A model generated the notes under the pieces. It did not search any database, was not told the DNA's origin, and worked only from the letters and a program-made list of their open reading frames with translations. A program made the translations under genes and the position numbers. Shown piece by piece: positions 28,373-38,141 of a stretch of 64,000 bases of DNA (positions within the stretch are counted from its first letter, which is position 1; each line of letters begins with the position of its first letter). The stretch is from Candidatus Eiseniibacteriota bacterium (GTDB lineage Bacteria; Eisenbacteria; RBG-16-71-46; DASYSL01): NCBI GenBank assembly GCA_031431875.1, contig JANPEF010000024.1, forward strand, positions 1 through 64,000, read 5' to 3'.

Positions 28373-30658
28373 CTAGCGTTGCCACGCGTAGGAGACCTTG
28401 GCGAACGCGGAGTTGCTCGCCGGTTCGAGGTCCTGCGACACCGGGTCGTGCACGCGCTGGTCCCCGTAGCCGAGGAAGAACACCGTCTGCCAGTTCAGCT
28501 TGTAGGCGAACAGTCCCGAGAAGCCCAGGCTAGCCGACTCCGACGTCACGGGATCGCCATAGTCGGTGTGCACGTACTGGCCGATCAGGCGCAGGAACGA
28601 GCGCGCGTCGAACTGCCACGTGGCGCGCAGACGCTCGACCCCCGCGGTGAACAACCGTGCGTCGCCCGCGCCGGCCACGGGAACGTCGAGCCAGCGGCGG
28701 CTCAGGTCGGTGCGCAGATCGAGGTGGTCGTTCGGCCGGAGCGAGAACCCGGTCGAGATCGTCGCGCCGCTGCCCTCCCGCGCGCCGGCGAAGTCGATCT
28801 CGTCGCCGGCGTAGATGTCGAGGAAGAAGTTGCTGAACAGGCGGGTCGGGCTCGACTCGATGCGCAGCCGGGGGCGGAAGCGCGAGAGCAGCTGGTCCTG
28901 GACGCGAAACTCGTCCTGGTTCAGCTCAACGCGCGCGAAGCTGTTGAGCTTGCCGTTCATCCCGCTGCCGATCGACACCCGCCGCGCCAGCACGTCGCCG
29001 TCGTGCTCGGCGTCGATGAAGTCGTCGGTGAAGATGCGGATGCGGTTGAAGAAGGACTTGGTCGGGCGAAACGTGTAGCCCGCGCTCAGGTACGCCTCCT
29101 GGAACCCGACCTGCGGGATGAAGCCGTTGTCGTCGCGGAAGTCGGAGCCGATGTCCTGCCCGGCGATGTACCAGTCCTCGTGGCGCGTCGTGTGCGACCA
29201 GTCGACGCGGAACGCGCGGTCGCTGAGCTGGCGGCCGTCCCATTCGGTCGCCAGGTCGGGCCGCTCGGGGGTGCGCGTGTCGGCGTAGAGGAACTGGCCG
29301 GTGATCGCATCGGTCGCCCTGGGGCGCCACTGGAAGTCGGGGCCGAAGACGCGGTTGTAGCCCGGCCCGTCGAGCTCGCGCCTGGTGCCGAGCAGGCTCA
29401 CGAACGACGTGCCGAGGTCGCGGCGCAGGCGCACTACGGCGACGTCCGACTCGAAGTCCTGGTCGGCGAAGCTCGACCCGTCCGGCCCGGGAATGATCAC
29501 GCTGCCGCCGCCCTCGTCGTGGGTGAAGAGCGCGGTGTACGCCGTGGTGCCGAAGCGTCCCGTCGCACGCGCGCCGGCCCTGGGCGCGGTGATCGTGCGC
29601 GTGTAGGTCGCCGCGAAAGGCGTGGCGAACAGGTCGACGCCTTCGAGGAAGAACGGCCGCTTCTCCGGGAAGAACAGCGCGAAGCGTTCGTTCGCAGCGA
29701 TCTGCGCGACGTCGGTCTCGATCTGCGAGAAGTCGGGGTTCACCGTGAGGTCGATCGTCGCGCTCGGACCGGGACTCCACTTCACGTCGACGCCGGCGTC
29801 GGGGTCGATGTCCTCGGCCTCGAGCGGGCTGCCGAGCCCGGCCGAAGGCACCGACTGGCGCGTCGCGGTGACGAACGGCGCGACCACCAGGTGCGATCCG
29901 CTCGGCAGGTTCGTCAGCCCCGTGAGCGGCGTCGAGTTGCAGACGAAGCAGTTCGAGTCGCGCGGCAGGCGGGCGCTGAAGAACTGGTAGCGGCGGTCGC
30001 GCGGGTAATTGCGGTAGAGCAGGATGCGCCACGTCGCCAGCTCGGCCGGCTTGTAGCGCAGTGTCGAGAACGGCACCCGGATCTCGAGGTCCCACCCGGT
30101 CGCTGTGCGCTTGCCCATGGCGTCCCAGTAATAGTCGGGCGCGTTGTCCTCGCCCGAGGCGTCGCTGGTGAGCGCGTCGTAGAGCAGGCCGCGGGCGTTG
30201 GGGAGGAACAGCTGGGCGGTCTTCCCGTCGTTGTTGCCGTCGATGATCACGCCCGCGTAGTCGGTTGCCCCCGAGAGCTGGTCGCGATCGCCGAGCGGCG
30301 CTCTGACCCCCGCGGGGTTCGGGTCCTCGAAGCGGAACCCGGCGTAGAAGTACGCTTCGTCGTAGGCGAGGAAGGCGAGGTTCCCGACCTGGGGCGCGAC
30401 GTTGTCGCCGACGTTCGTCTCGAACCAGCGGGTGACCGCGGGCACGCCCTGCCAGCCGGCGTCGGACAGGTCGCCGTCGACGATGATCGGACTGGTGATC
30501 TTCGTCGCCACAAGCGGCGTCGCCCTGGCACCGATCGAATCGGCCCGGGCGAGGGAGTCGGTCGCCTGCGCCGAGCAGTCGGCAGCCGGGACCAAGCCGA
30601 GCAGCGGGAGGAGCAGGAGCCATGACCACGACGGCGCACACCGACGGGCGCGAAGCAT
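28373..30658 (-). CDS. CBM9/DOMON-like plus DUF5916 outer-membrane protein
   Basis: IIVDGDLSDAGW, WDLEIRVPFSTLRY, TVNPDFSQIE, FFPEKRPFFLEG, C-terminal FAKVSYAW. Confidence 0.88.
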   Translation of the reverse strand: MLRARRCAPSWSWLLLLPLLGLVPAADCSAQATDSLARADSIGARATPLVATKITSPIIVDGDLSDAGWQGVPAVTRWFETNVGDNVAPQVGNLAFLAYDEAYFYAGFRFEDPNPAGVRAPLGDRDQLSGATDYAGVIIDGNNDGKTAQLFLPNARGLLYDALTSDASGEDNAPDYYWDAMGKRTATGWDLEIRVPFSTLRYKPAELATWRILLYRNYPRDRRYQFFSARLPRDSNCFVCNSTPLTGLTNLPSGSHLVVAPFVTATRQSVPSAGLGSPLEAEDIDPDAGVDVKWSPGPSATIDLTVNPDFSQIETDVAQIAANERFALFFPEKRPFFLEGVDLFATPFAATYTRTITAPRAGARATGRFGTTAYTALFTHDEGGGSVIIPGPDGSSFADQDFESDVAVVRLRRDLGTSFVSLLGTRRELDGPGYNRVFGPDFQWRPRATDAITGQFLYADTRTPERPDLATEWDGRQLSDRAFRVDWSHTTRHEDWYIAGQDIGSDFRDDNGFIPQVGFQEAYLSAGYTFRPTKSFFNRIRIFTDDFIDAEHDGDVLARRVSIGSGMNGKLNSFARVELNQDEFRVQDQLLSRFRPRLRIESSPTRLFSNFFLDIYAGDEIDFAGAREGSGATISTGFSLRPNDHLDLRTDLSRRWLDVPVAGAGDARLFTAGVERLRATWQFDARSFLRLIGQYVHTDYGDPVTSESASLGFSGLFAYKLNWQTVFFLGYGDQRVHDPVSQDLEPASNSAFAKVSYAWQR

Positions 30659-30796
30659 GAGGACCTCCGAAGAAGGATCCGGTCCGGGCGGACCGATCGA
30701 TGGGTTCGGTGGCCGACACTACTTCACGAGGTGCGCGGCGCTTCGCCAAGACGGAGTGAAGTCTAGCGGACCCGCGGATGCCCGGCGAACGGACTT

Positions 30797-31453
30797 CTAA
30801 CCCGCGTAGCGCGCGACGGCGATGTAATGGCAGGCGTTGCCGACGAGCACGCAAAGATGCCAGACAAGGTGGCCGTAGCGGATCCGGTCAGCCGCGAAGA
30901 ACACGAGTCCGCCCGTGTACGCCAGGCCGCCAGCGCCCAGCCAGAACAGACCCCACGGACCCACGTGTTCCCAGAGCGGTCTCACTGCGAGGAGGATCAT
31001 CCAGCCCATCGCGAGGACGATCAGCGTGAAGGCCGTCGGGTAGCGTACGCGGCTCACGGCGGTGAAGATCACGCCGCCCAGCGCCAGCGTCCAGACCAGC
31101 GCGAGAATCGTCCAGCCCAGAGGTCCGCGCAGGACGCCGAGCGTGAACGGCGTGTACGTCCCGGCGATGAGGAGCAGGATCGCGCTGTGATCGAGGATCT
31201 TGAACACGCGCTTGGCGCGCCGTGCTCGCAGCGCGTGATACAGCGTCGACGTGACGTAGAGGAACACCATGGCGCCGCCGAAGATCGACGCGCCCACGAG
31301 CCCGGGGACATCGTCACGGCCGGCCGCGATCCGGATCAGCGCCGCCGCGGCGACCGCGGCGATGACCGCGCCGACGGCGTGGCTCACGCTGTTGGCGATC
31401 TCCTCGCCGGGGGACTGCTCGCGCTCGCGAAGACGGATGCGGATCGGTCTCAT
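30797..31453 (-). CDS. Hemolysin III / PAQR-family membrane protein
   Basis: EEIANSVSH, STLYH, LDHSAILLLIAGTYTPF, HLVWHL. Confidence 0.92.
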   Translation of the reverse strand: MRPIRIRLREREQSPGEEIANSVSHAVGAVIAAVAAAALIRIAAGRDDVPGLVGASIFGGAMVFLYVTSTLYHALRARRAKRVFKILDHSAILLLIAGTYTPFTLGVLRGPLGWTILALVWTLALGGVIFTAVSRVRYPTAFTLIVLAMGWMILLAVRPLWEHVGPWGLFWLGAGGLAYTGGLVFFAADRIRYGHLVWHLCVLVGNACHYIAVARYAG

Positions 31454-31493
31454 GCCTCGATCGTGACACCGGAGCACCTGGCACGCAAGCGAA

Positions 31494-31522
31494 CGGGGAC
31501 CCGGCATCGCGCCGGGTCCCCG
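31494..31522 (-). terminator. GC-rich hairpin downstream of glutaminase fragment
   Basis: CGGGGACCCGGC-ATCGC-GCCGGGTCCCCG perfect 12-bp stem. Confidence 0.6.
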
Positions 31523-31547
31523 CGTCGCCTCCTGCCGTGTGCTGCGG

Positions 31548-32171
31548 CTACCTCTTCTTCGCCGCCGCCGCGACCGACGCGTACGGATTGCCGCCCAGGG
31601 CGACCGAGATGTCGGTGATCGCCTTCTGCGCGCGCACGCTGTTGCCGGCCGCATCCAGTGGCGGCGAGATGACCGCGATGCCGAACTTTCCGGGCGAGAC
31701 GGCGATGACCCCGCCGCCGACGCCGCTCTTCGCCGGCAGGCCGGTCGCGTACAGCCACTTTCCCGAGTCGTCGTACATGCCGGCCGTCGCCATCACGGCG
31801 AGCACCTCCGGCACGTACTCGGTCTTCAGGCACTGCTTCTGCGTCACCGGGTTCCTGCCGCCGTTGGCCAGCGAGGCGGCCATCATCGCGATGTCCTTCG
31901 CGTTGACGCTGATCGCGCACTGTTCGGTGTAGATGTCGCACGCCTGCGCCGGGTTGTCCTCGCTGTGGCCGTAGGCGTACATGAGCTGGGCGATCGCCTG
32001 ATTGCGCTGGTTGGTCTCGGCCTCGGACTTGAAGACCTCCTGGTTCACCGACAGCGGGCGGCCGGCGAGGTCGCTGTGCGTGTCGAGGATCTTCTTCCAC
32101 ACCGCCTCGCGCGACGCGCCCTCGACCATGCTCGTCGTCGCGATCGCACCCGGGTTGACCAGTGGGTTCAT
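31548..32171 (-). pseudogene. glsA: 5'-truncated glutaminase A (C-terminal 207 aa only)
   Basis: Starts at the internal NPLVNPGAI motif; has YTEQC, GMYDDSG, PAKSGVGGG, GNSVRA; no SxxK catalytic motif and upstream in-frame codons are unrelated. Confidence 0.8.
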
Positions 32172-32276
32172 CCATCCTGCTCTAGCCTGCCGCCGGAAGC
32201 ACAGACGGGCCGGGACCCACGCGGCCCCGGCCCGCTGCTTTCACGGCGCGAAGCAAGCCGCCGAAACGGAGGACTT

Positions 32277-32292
32277 TGCACGTCCCGTGCCA
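32277..32292 (-). promoter_or_regulatory. Sigma54 -24/-12 promoter
   Basis: TGGCACGGGACGTGCA (GG-N10-GC) on minus strand, divergent from activator gene. Confidence 0.7.
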
Positions 32293-32548
32293 TCGAGGAT
32301 GGTGCGAAACCTGCTGGCCCTGCCCGCGTTGCGGCCCGCCCGGGAGTCCGGTTCGGGATCCCTATGTAACTCCTGCCTCCCAATTCTACAATCGGACCAC
32401 CCATTCTTCCTCGTCTTGTGGGCGAAACTTGCACTGGGCCCCGGCCTGCGGGTGTAGCGTGAACGTGTCCGCGACGTGCGCCGAGGCCGAATCCGACCGG
32501 CGGAAGACTCTGCGCCCTTCCCCGCACGTCCGACCCGAGGAGCACCGA

Positions 32549-33892
32549 ATGCTGCACGCCCTCCTCATCGACGACGACGAAGACTTCCTCGGCGGACTGG
32601 CCGAGATCGCCCGCCAGGAAGGCTTCGAGATCTCGACCGCAGGCTCGCTGAAGGAAGCCCGGGCACGCCTGGCCCGCGAACCGATCGACATCGCACTGGT
32701 CGATCTCGCGCTCCCCGACGGCCAGGGAATCGATCTCCTGAACGACCTGAAGGATGTTCCCGGCATCGACGTGATCATCCTCTCCGGCGAAGCCACGGTC
32801 GATTCGGCGATCGAGGCCCTGCGGCGCGGGGCGCTCGACTACCTGACCAAGCCGATCGACACCAACCGCCTGCGCACCGTGCTGGCCGGCTGTGCGCGCG
32901 TTCGCTCCCTCAAGCAGCAGGTCGGTGCGCTGCGCGGCGAGTTGCGCAAGTTCGGTCGCTTCGGGGGCATGATCGGCGTCTCGCCCGCGATGCAGAAGGT
33001 CTACGACCTGATCTCCAAGGTCGCTCCCACCGACGCCACCGTGCTCATCACCGGCGAGAGCGGAACGGGGAAGGAGTGCGTCGCCCAGGCGATCTTCGAG
33101 CTGAGCCCGCGGCGACTGCGGCCGTTCGTCCCGCTCGATTGCGGATCGGTCGCGCCCACGCTGATCGAGAGCGAGCTGTTCGGCCACGAGCGAGGGAGCT
33201 TCACCGGCGCGACCCAGATGCGTCGGGGGCTGTTCGAGCGGGCGTCGGGCGGCACGCTGTTCCTCGACGAGCTCACCGAGATGCCGATCGACCTCCAGGT
33301 CAAGCTGCTGCGGGTGCTCGAGACGGGCTTGCTCACGCGCGTCGGTGGCGAGGCCAGCTTTCCGGTGAACGTCCGCCTGATCGCCGCGTGCAACCGGCCG
33401 CCGCTGGACGCCATCCAGGCCGGCAAGCTGCGCGAGGACCTGTACTACCGCCTCAACGTGTTTCCGATCGTGTTGCCGCCGCTGCGCGAGCGCGGCGACG
33501 ACTGCCTGCTGCTGGCCGACTCGTTCCTCGAGGACGTCAACCGGACCGAGGGCACCGGGAAGGCGCTGAGTGCGCAGGCGCGCGTCCGGATCCGCGCCTA
33601 CTCCTGGCCCGGGAACGTGCGCGAACTGAAGAACGAGATGCGTCGGGCCTTTATCCTGGCTGACGACGTGATCGAGTTCGAGGGCCTGGCGAACAATGCG
33701 GTGGCCCGGTTCCCGGGGCGAGTCGAAGCCCCGACCGCGCCCACGGTGGGCGGTTCGCTCGAGGGGGCGGAGCGGGAACTCATCCTGGCGACCCTCGATC
33801 AATGCGGCGGGGACAAGAAGCGTGCGGTCGAGATCCTCGGCATCAGCCTCAAGACCCTCTACAACCGCCTCCATCTGTACGCGCGGACCTGA
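32549..33892 (+). CDS. NtrC/AtoC-family sigma54-dependent response regulator
   Basis: REC (IDDD, DLALPDG), GESGTGKE, ESELFGHERGSFTGA, LFLDE, REDLYYRL, WPGNVREL, Fis HTH LGISLKTLYNRL. Confidence 0.95.
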   Translation: MLHALLIDDDEDFLGGLAEIARQEGFEISTAGSLKEARARLAREPIDIALVDLALPDGQGIDLLNDLKDVPGIDVIILSGEATVDSAIEALRRGALDYLTKPIDTNRLRTVLAGCARVRSLKQQVGALRGELRKFGRFGGMIGVSPAMQKVYDLISKVAPTDATVLITGESGTGKECVAQAIFELSPRRLRPFVPLDCGSVAPTLIESELFGHERGSFTGATQMRRGLFERASGGTLFLDELTEMPIDLQVKLLRVLETGLLTRVGGEASFPVNVRLIAACNRPPLDAIQAGKLREDLYYRLNVFPIVLPPLRERGDDCLLLADSFLEDVNRTEGTGKALSAQARVRIRAYSWPGNVRELKNEMRRAFILADDVIEFEGLANNAVARFPGRVEAPTAPTVGGSLEGAERELILATLDQCGGDKKRAVEILGISLKTLYNRLHLYART

Positions 33893-33907
33893 CGCCCGCA
33901 CCCCGAC

Positions 33908-33923
33908 TGGCACGATTTTCGCA
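33908..33923 (+). promoter_or_regulatory. Sigma54 -24/-12 promoter of hybrid kinase
   Basis: TGGCACGATTTTCGCA (GG-N10-GC). Confidence 0.7.
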
Positions 33924-34027
33924 ACGCTCGCATCGCGAGCGGGAAGGGAGCGCGCAACCGCGTGGGCGAGTCCGGCCCGCGGGAGGCGCTCGAAGCGCAT
34001 TGCCGTCGTCCCAGTCAGGAAGGTTCC

Positions 34028-35944
34028 ATGGCCCGGTGGTCGTATCATCTGACGCTGAATGCCGGGTTGATCGTGATCGGCCTGCTGGCGATCCTGAGCA
34101 GTGGGGCGGCGCTCCTCGCCTCGACATCCCTCGTCCAGGAGATGGCGACCCTCGCCGAGAATGACGTTCGTGACCTCGCCGCAAGCCAGGCCACGCGGCT
34201 GGTGGGACTCCGCGAGGTCGCCGATGCGACCGCCCACGTGCTCACCGGCGACGAATCGTATGCCGCTGCTGCACGGGAGGGCGCCACCGCCATGCGCAAC
34301 CGGCTCGAACGGATGGAAGCGCAGCTTCGCGATCCAGCGGGGCGGAATCTCGTCGGCGAGGTCCGCCGTGCCGAGCGCGAGTTCGTCGTCCAGTTCGAGC
34401 GCGCGGCAGCCGCGCCGGCCGGTCGTGCGAGAGTCGTCGCCGCCACGGACATGGACGTGCGCGGACGCGCCTTCGAGCAGTCGATGGATCTCCTCGTCGC
34501 GCACATGGAGCCCGCGTCGCTTGGCGGGCTCGCCGCAACGCGGGCGTCGGTCGAGCGCACGCAGACGATGTTCAACTGGATCACGGCGATCTCGATCGGC
34601 CTCACGCTGATCCTGTGCATCCTCCTGCTCGTGATCGTCGATCGGTCGTCGCGTCGACAGTCCTCGGCGCGTCTCATCGCGGAGGAAGGCCAGACCCGGA
34701 CCTCGGCGGCGCTGGTCGAGGCGAAGGCGGCAAGCCAGTTGAAGGACGAGTTCCTGGCGACCGTCTCGCACGAGTTGCGCAATCCGCTGGCGCCGATCCT
34801 CACCTGGACCCAGTTGCTCCGCAGCGGCACGCTCGACCGCGAGAAATCCGAGCGCGGCCTCGAGGTCATCGAGCGCAATGTCGTCTCGCTGTCGCAGCTG
34901 ATCGATGACCTGGTCGACGTTTCCCGCGTGGTTGCCGGCAAATTCCGGCTGGATGTGCGGGCGATCGACCTGCTCCCGATCATCCGCGCCGCGGTCGAAT
35001 CGCAGCGACCCGCCAGCGAGGCGCGGCAGATCCGGCTCCAGGTCGTCCTCGACGAACGCACGGGCATGATCTCAGGCGACTCGGAACGGCTGCAGCAGGT
35101 GATGTCGAACCTGCTCTCCAACGCGATCAAGTTCACGCCCAAGGGCCGCACGGTGCAGGTTCGCCTGAACCGTGCGGACTCCCACGTCGAGGTCACGGTC
35201 GCCGACACCGGGATCGGAATCGAGCGCTCGTTCCTGCCCCACATCTTCGAGCCGTTCCAGCAGGCGACCGATGGAACGATGCGGCGGCACGGCGGTCTTG
35301 GTCTGGGCCTGTCCATCGTCCGCCACATCGTCGAGCTGCATGGCGGCGAGATCGGCGTCGTGAGCGAGGGACTCGACAAGGGCTCCACGTTCACGGTCAA
35401 GCTGCCGATGCTCGGCACCCGCGAGTCGAGTCGCACTTCGCGACCGCGACACCCCATGGCCGCCGACGGCATCGCCAACGTCCTGTTCCGGCGCCTCGAC
35501 CACATCCGCGTCCTCATCGTGGACGACGAGCCGACGGCGAACGAGGCCCTGCAGGCGTTGCTCGAATCGTGCGGGGCCCACGTGCGGGCCGCGGGCTCGG
35601 CCGCCCAGGCGCTGGAGATACTCGATGTCTGGATTCCCGACGTCCTGATCTCGGACATCGCCATGCCCGAGGAGGACGGGTACGGGCTGATCGAGAAGGT
35701 CCGCGGGCGCGGAGCAGGGCGGGGCGGTGATGTCCCGGCGGCGGCGCTGACGGCGTACGCGAAGATCGAAGATCGCGTCCGGATCCTCGCGGCCGGCTTC
35801 CAGATGAATCTCTCCAAGCCGGCCGATCCGAACGAGCTGATCGCGGTGGTGGCCAGCCTGGCGCGGCGTCGTCTGCTTCCGGGCCCCGATGCCGAGGGCG
35901 ATCCGACGCCCCCGGAGTTTGTACTTCCTACAGGCAAAGTGTAA
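34028..35944 (+). CDS. Membrane hybrid sensor histidine kinase with C-terminal REC
   Basis: 2 TM; FLATVSHELRNPL, NLLSNAIKFT, DTGIGI, GLGLGL; VDDE and SDIAMP. Confidence 0.93.
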   Translation: MARWSYHLTLNAGLIVIGLLAILSSGAALLASTSLVQEMATLAENDVRDLAASQATRLVGLREVADATAHVLTGDESYAAAAREGATAMRNRLERMEAQLRDPAGRNLVGEVRRAEREFVVQFERAAAAPAGRARVVAATDMDVRGRAFEQSMDLLVAHMEPASLGGLAATRASVERTQTMFNWITAISIGLTLILCILLLVIVDRSSRRQSSARLIAEEGQTRTSAALVEAKAASQLKDEFLATVSHELRNPLAPILTWTQLLRSGTLDREKSERGLEVIERNVVSLSQLIDDLVDVSRVVAGKFRLDVRAIDLLPIIRAAVESQRPASEARQIRLQVVLDERTGMISGDSERLQQVMSNLLSNAIKFTPKGRTVQVRLNRADSHVEVTVADTGIGIERSFLPHIFEPFQQATDGTMRRHGGLGLGLSIVRHIVELHGGEIGVVSEGLDKGSTFTVKLPMLGTRESSRTSRPRHPMAADGIANVLFRRLDHIRVLIVDDEPTANEALQALLESCGAHVRAAGSAAQALEILDVWIPDVLISDIAMPEEDGYGLIEKVRGRGAGRGGDVPAAALTAYAKIEDRVRILAAGFQMNLSKPADPNELIAVVASLARRRLLPGPDAEGDPTPPEFVLPTGKV

Positions 35945-36053
35945 TCACCGCCCCTGAGCGCGAGCGCGACCGCCCGGTCGCCGCTCGCCCCGGGCCGGCT
36001 TATCCCCAAGCGACAACAGCAGATCCACCTCCATGCGCCGCGCCACGGCCCCG

Positions 36054-36069
36054 TGGCACGCTCCGTGCG
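36054..36069 (+). promoter_or_regulatory. Sigma54 -24/-12 promoter of the OmpA-family operon
   Basis: TGGCACGCTCCGTGCG (GG-N10-GC). Confidence 0.7.
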
Positions 36070-36127
36070 TTTCACCCCTCCGTACGCTCCCGTCGAACGG
36101 CTACACCTCGCAACGAAAGGGTGAACG

Positions 36128-37642
36128 ATGAGACTCATGCGCACGGCTGCGCTCGCGTTGACGAGCCTTCTCCTCCTCGGCTCCCTCACGCCTCGCCCCG
36201 CCCACTCCGAGCCGGGTGGGTTGCACCTCAACATCACTCCCTACGTCGGCTGGAGGGTGTGGGCGAAGGACGTGAACCTGGCGAACAAGCCCGTCCTCGG
36301 CGCGCGCGTGGGTCTCGGGCTCGGTAGCCGCCTGGGGATCGAGGGCTACTACAGCTGGATGTCGACGAAGACCGAGTACGGCACCGGCGACTCGCTGCTG
36401 TATTACGGCACGGCCCTGACCCCGCCGTCCGACCAGAACGTCCAGGGTTACGGTTTCGACCTCACGTTCAACATCGCCCCATCGATGGGCGTGAATCCGT
36501 ACCTCCTCGCCGGATGGCATGAGGAGAAGATCGAGGCCGACGCATCGGACGTTCGCACGTTCATGAACGGACTCGAGTTCGGCGGCGGCGTGAAGCTGGG
36601 CCTCAGCCAGAGGGCGGCGCTCCGCCTCGAGGCTCGCGACCAGCTCTGGCAATTCGACTCCCCGCCCAATCCGGATCCGCCGGGCGACAAGAAGATCAAC
36701 AACTTCGTGTACAGCGCCGGCTTGCAGCTCTCCCTCGGTGGCTCCCCCCGCGATGGCGACCTCGACGGCGACGGCATCAAGGACAGCGCGGACACGTGCC
36801 CGGGCACGCCCGTCGGCGCGATGGTCGACGCCAACGGCTGTCCGATCGACTCCGACGGCGACAATGTCGCCGACGGCATCGACCAGTGCCCGAATACTCC
36901 CGCCGGCGCCACCGTCGACGTGCGCGGATGCCCGACCGACACGGATGGCGACGGCGTCTGGGACGGGATCGACCAGTGCGCGTCGACTCCGGCCGGCACC
37001 AAGGTCGATGCGCGCGGCTGTGCCGTCGACAGCGATGGCGACGGCGTCTCCGACGACCTCGACCAGTGCCCGAACACCCCGGCCGGCATGCGGGTGGATG
37101 CGAAGGGATGCCCGACCGACTCGGATGCCGACGGCGTGACCGACGACAAGGACCTGTGCCCGAACACTCCGGCCGGCGTCCGCGTCGACGTCGACGGCTG
37201 CCCGATCACGCTCTCCGAGCGCGAGATCGAGCTTCTCGACAAGGGAAGAATCACGACGCGGGACATCCACTTCGAAACCGCGAAGTGGGACATCCTGCCC
37301 GAGTCGCGTCCCGTGCTCGACGAGATCGGCAAAGCCCTGATCCAGTGGCCGCGTCTGCGGATCGAAGTCGGCGGTCACTGCGACTCCCGTGGCTCGGCCG
37401 CCTACAATCAGGACCTGTCGCAGAAACGCGCCGGGTCGGTGCTCGAGTACCTGACGACGAACTTCCCGCAGATCAAGCGTGAGCAGTACACCGCGAAGGG
37501 CTACGGGGAAGGCACGCCGGTGGCGACCAACAAGACGGCCGCGGGCATGGCGCAGAACCGTCGTGTCGAGTTCAAGGTGCTCAACGTCGAAGAGCTGACG
37601 AAGGAACGCGAGCGTCGGCGACTGTTGCAGAAGGGGGAATAG
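36128..37642 (+). CDS. OmpA-family protein: beta-barrel, thrombospondin type-3 repeats, OmpA C-terminal domain
   Basis: Signal peptide; five DxDGDGVxDxxDxCPxTP units; HCDSRGS, LSQKRA, NRRVEF. Confidence 0.93.
   Translation: MRLMRTAALALTSLLLLGSLTPRPAHSEPGGLHLNITPYVGWRVWAKDVNLANKPVLGARVGLGLGSRLGIEGYYSWMSTKTEYGTGDSLLYYGTALTPPSDQNVQGYGFDLTFNIAPSMGVNPYLLAGWHEEKIEADASDVRTFMNGLEFGGGVKLGLSQRAALRLEARDQLWQFDSPPNPDPPGDKKINNFVYSAGLQLSLGGSPRDGDLDGDGIKDSADTCPGTPVGAMVDANGCPIDSDGDNVADGIDQCPNTPAGATVDVRGCPTDTDGDGVWDGIDQCASTPAGTKVDARGCAVDSDGDGVSDDLDQCPNTPAGMRVDAKGCPTDSDADGVTDDKDLCPNTPAGVRVDVDGCPITLSEREIELLDKGRITTRDIHFETAKWDILPESRPVLDEIGKALIQWPRLRIEVGGHCDSRGSAAYNQDLSQKRAGSVLEYLTTNFPQIKREQYTAKGYGEGTPVATNKTAAGMAQNRRVEFKVLNVEELTKERERRRLLQKGE
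36757..37205 (+). repeat. Five approx. 90-bp coding repeats (TSP3-like Ca-binding)
   Basis: Recurrent GACCAGTGCCCGAACAC(T/C)CC(G/C)GCCGGC-like units. Confidence 0.85.
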
Positions 37643-37668
37643 CTGCGTCAGGCGGCTGATCCCAAGGG

Positions 37669-37700
37669 CGGGAGGGGGACCCTCGCGGGTCTCCTTCCCG
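37669..37700 (+). terminator. Intergenic hairpin after OmpA-family gene
   Basis: CGGGAGGGGGACCC / GGGTCTCCTTCCCG with G-U pairs; no long T-tract. Confidence 0.5.
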
Positions 37701-37738
37701 ATCCGAATCCGGCGAACGACACTCGAATGGAGAACCCG

Positions 37739-38137
37739 ATGAAGACCAACCAGAACAGGCTCGTGGCAGTGTTCGTGGCGGCACTCCTCACCTCCGGCAC
37801 CACGGCGCCGGTGCGGGCGGCCGGGACGCGGACGGACGTCGTCGGCGAGACCGACATCCAGGGCAAGATCGACCAGCGCGTCGACCGCGAAGCGGCCGAC
37901 CGCCAGGTCATCGCAGACCTCCTGCGCCGTCCCGACGTGCGCCGGATCGCCGGCAACGCCGGGATCGACATCGAGCGGGCGACCACGGCGTCGGCACTCC
38001 TGTCCGGAGCCGAGCTCACGGCCATCGCGGCCCGGGCGAACGAGGTCAATACTCAGGCCGGCGGTACCGAACGCGTGACGCTCGCGGTGACGACGATCAT
38101 CATCATCCTGCTGTTGATCATCATTCTCGCGGGTTGA
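37739..38137 (+). CDS. PA2779-like small exported protein with C-terminal hydrophobic tail
   Basis: GGAG RBS; signal peptide; LSGAEL..AGG then TTIIIILLLIIIL; precedes C39-like peptidase. Confidence 0.7.
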   Translation: MKTNQNRLVAVFVAALLTSGTTAPVRAAGTRTDVVGETDIQGKIDQRVDREAADRQVIADLLRRPDVRRIAGNAGIDIERATTASALLSGAELTAIAARANEVNTQAGGTERVTLAVTTIIIILLLIIILAG

Positions 38138-38141
38138 CCCG

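Noticed and set aside
36757..37205. Regularly spaced repeats as a possible CRISPR array
   Set aside because: Degenerate at third codon positions, in frame within the OmpA gene; no unique spacers or cas genes
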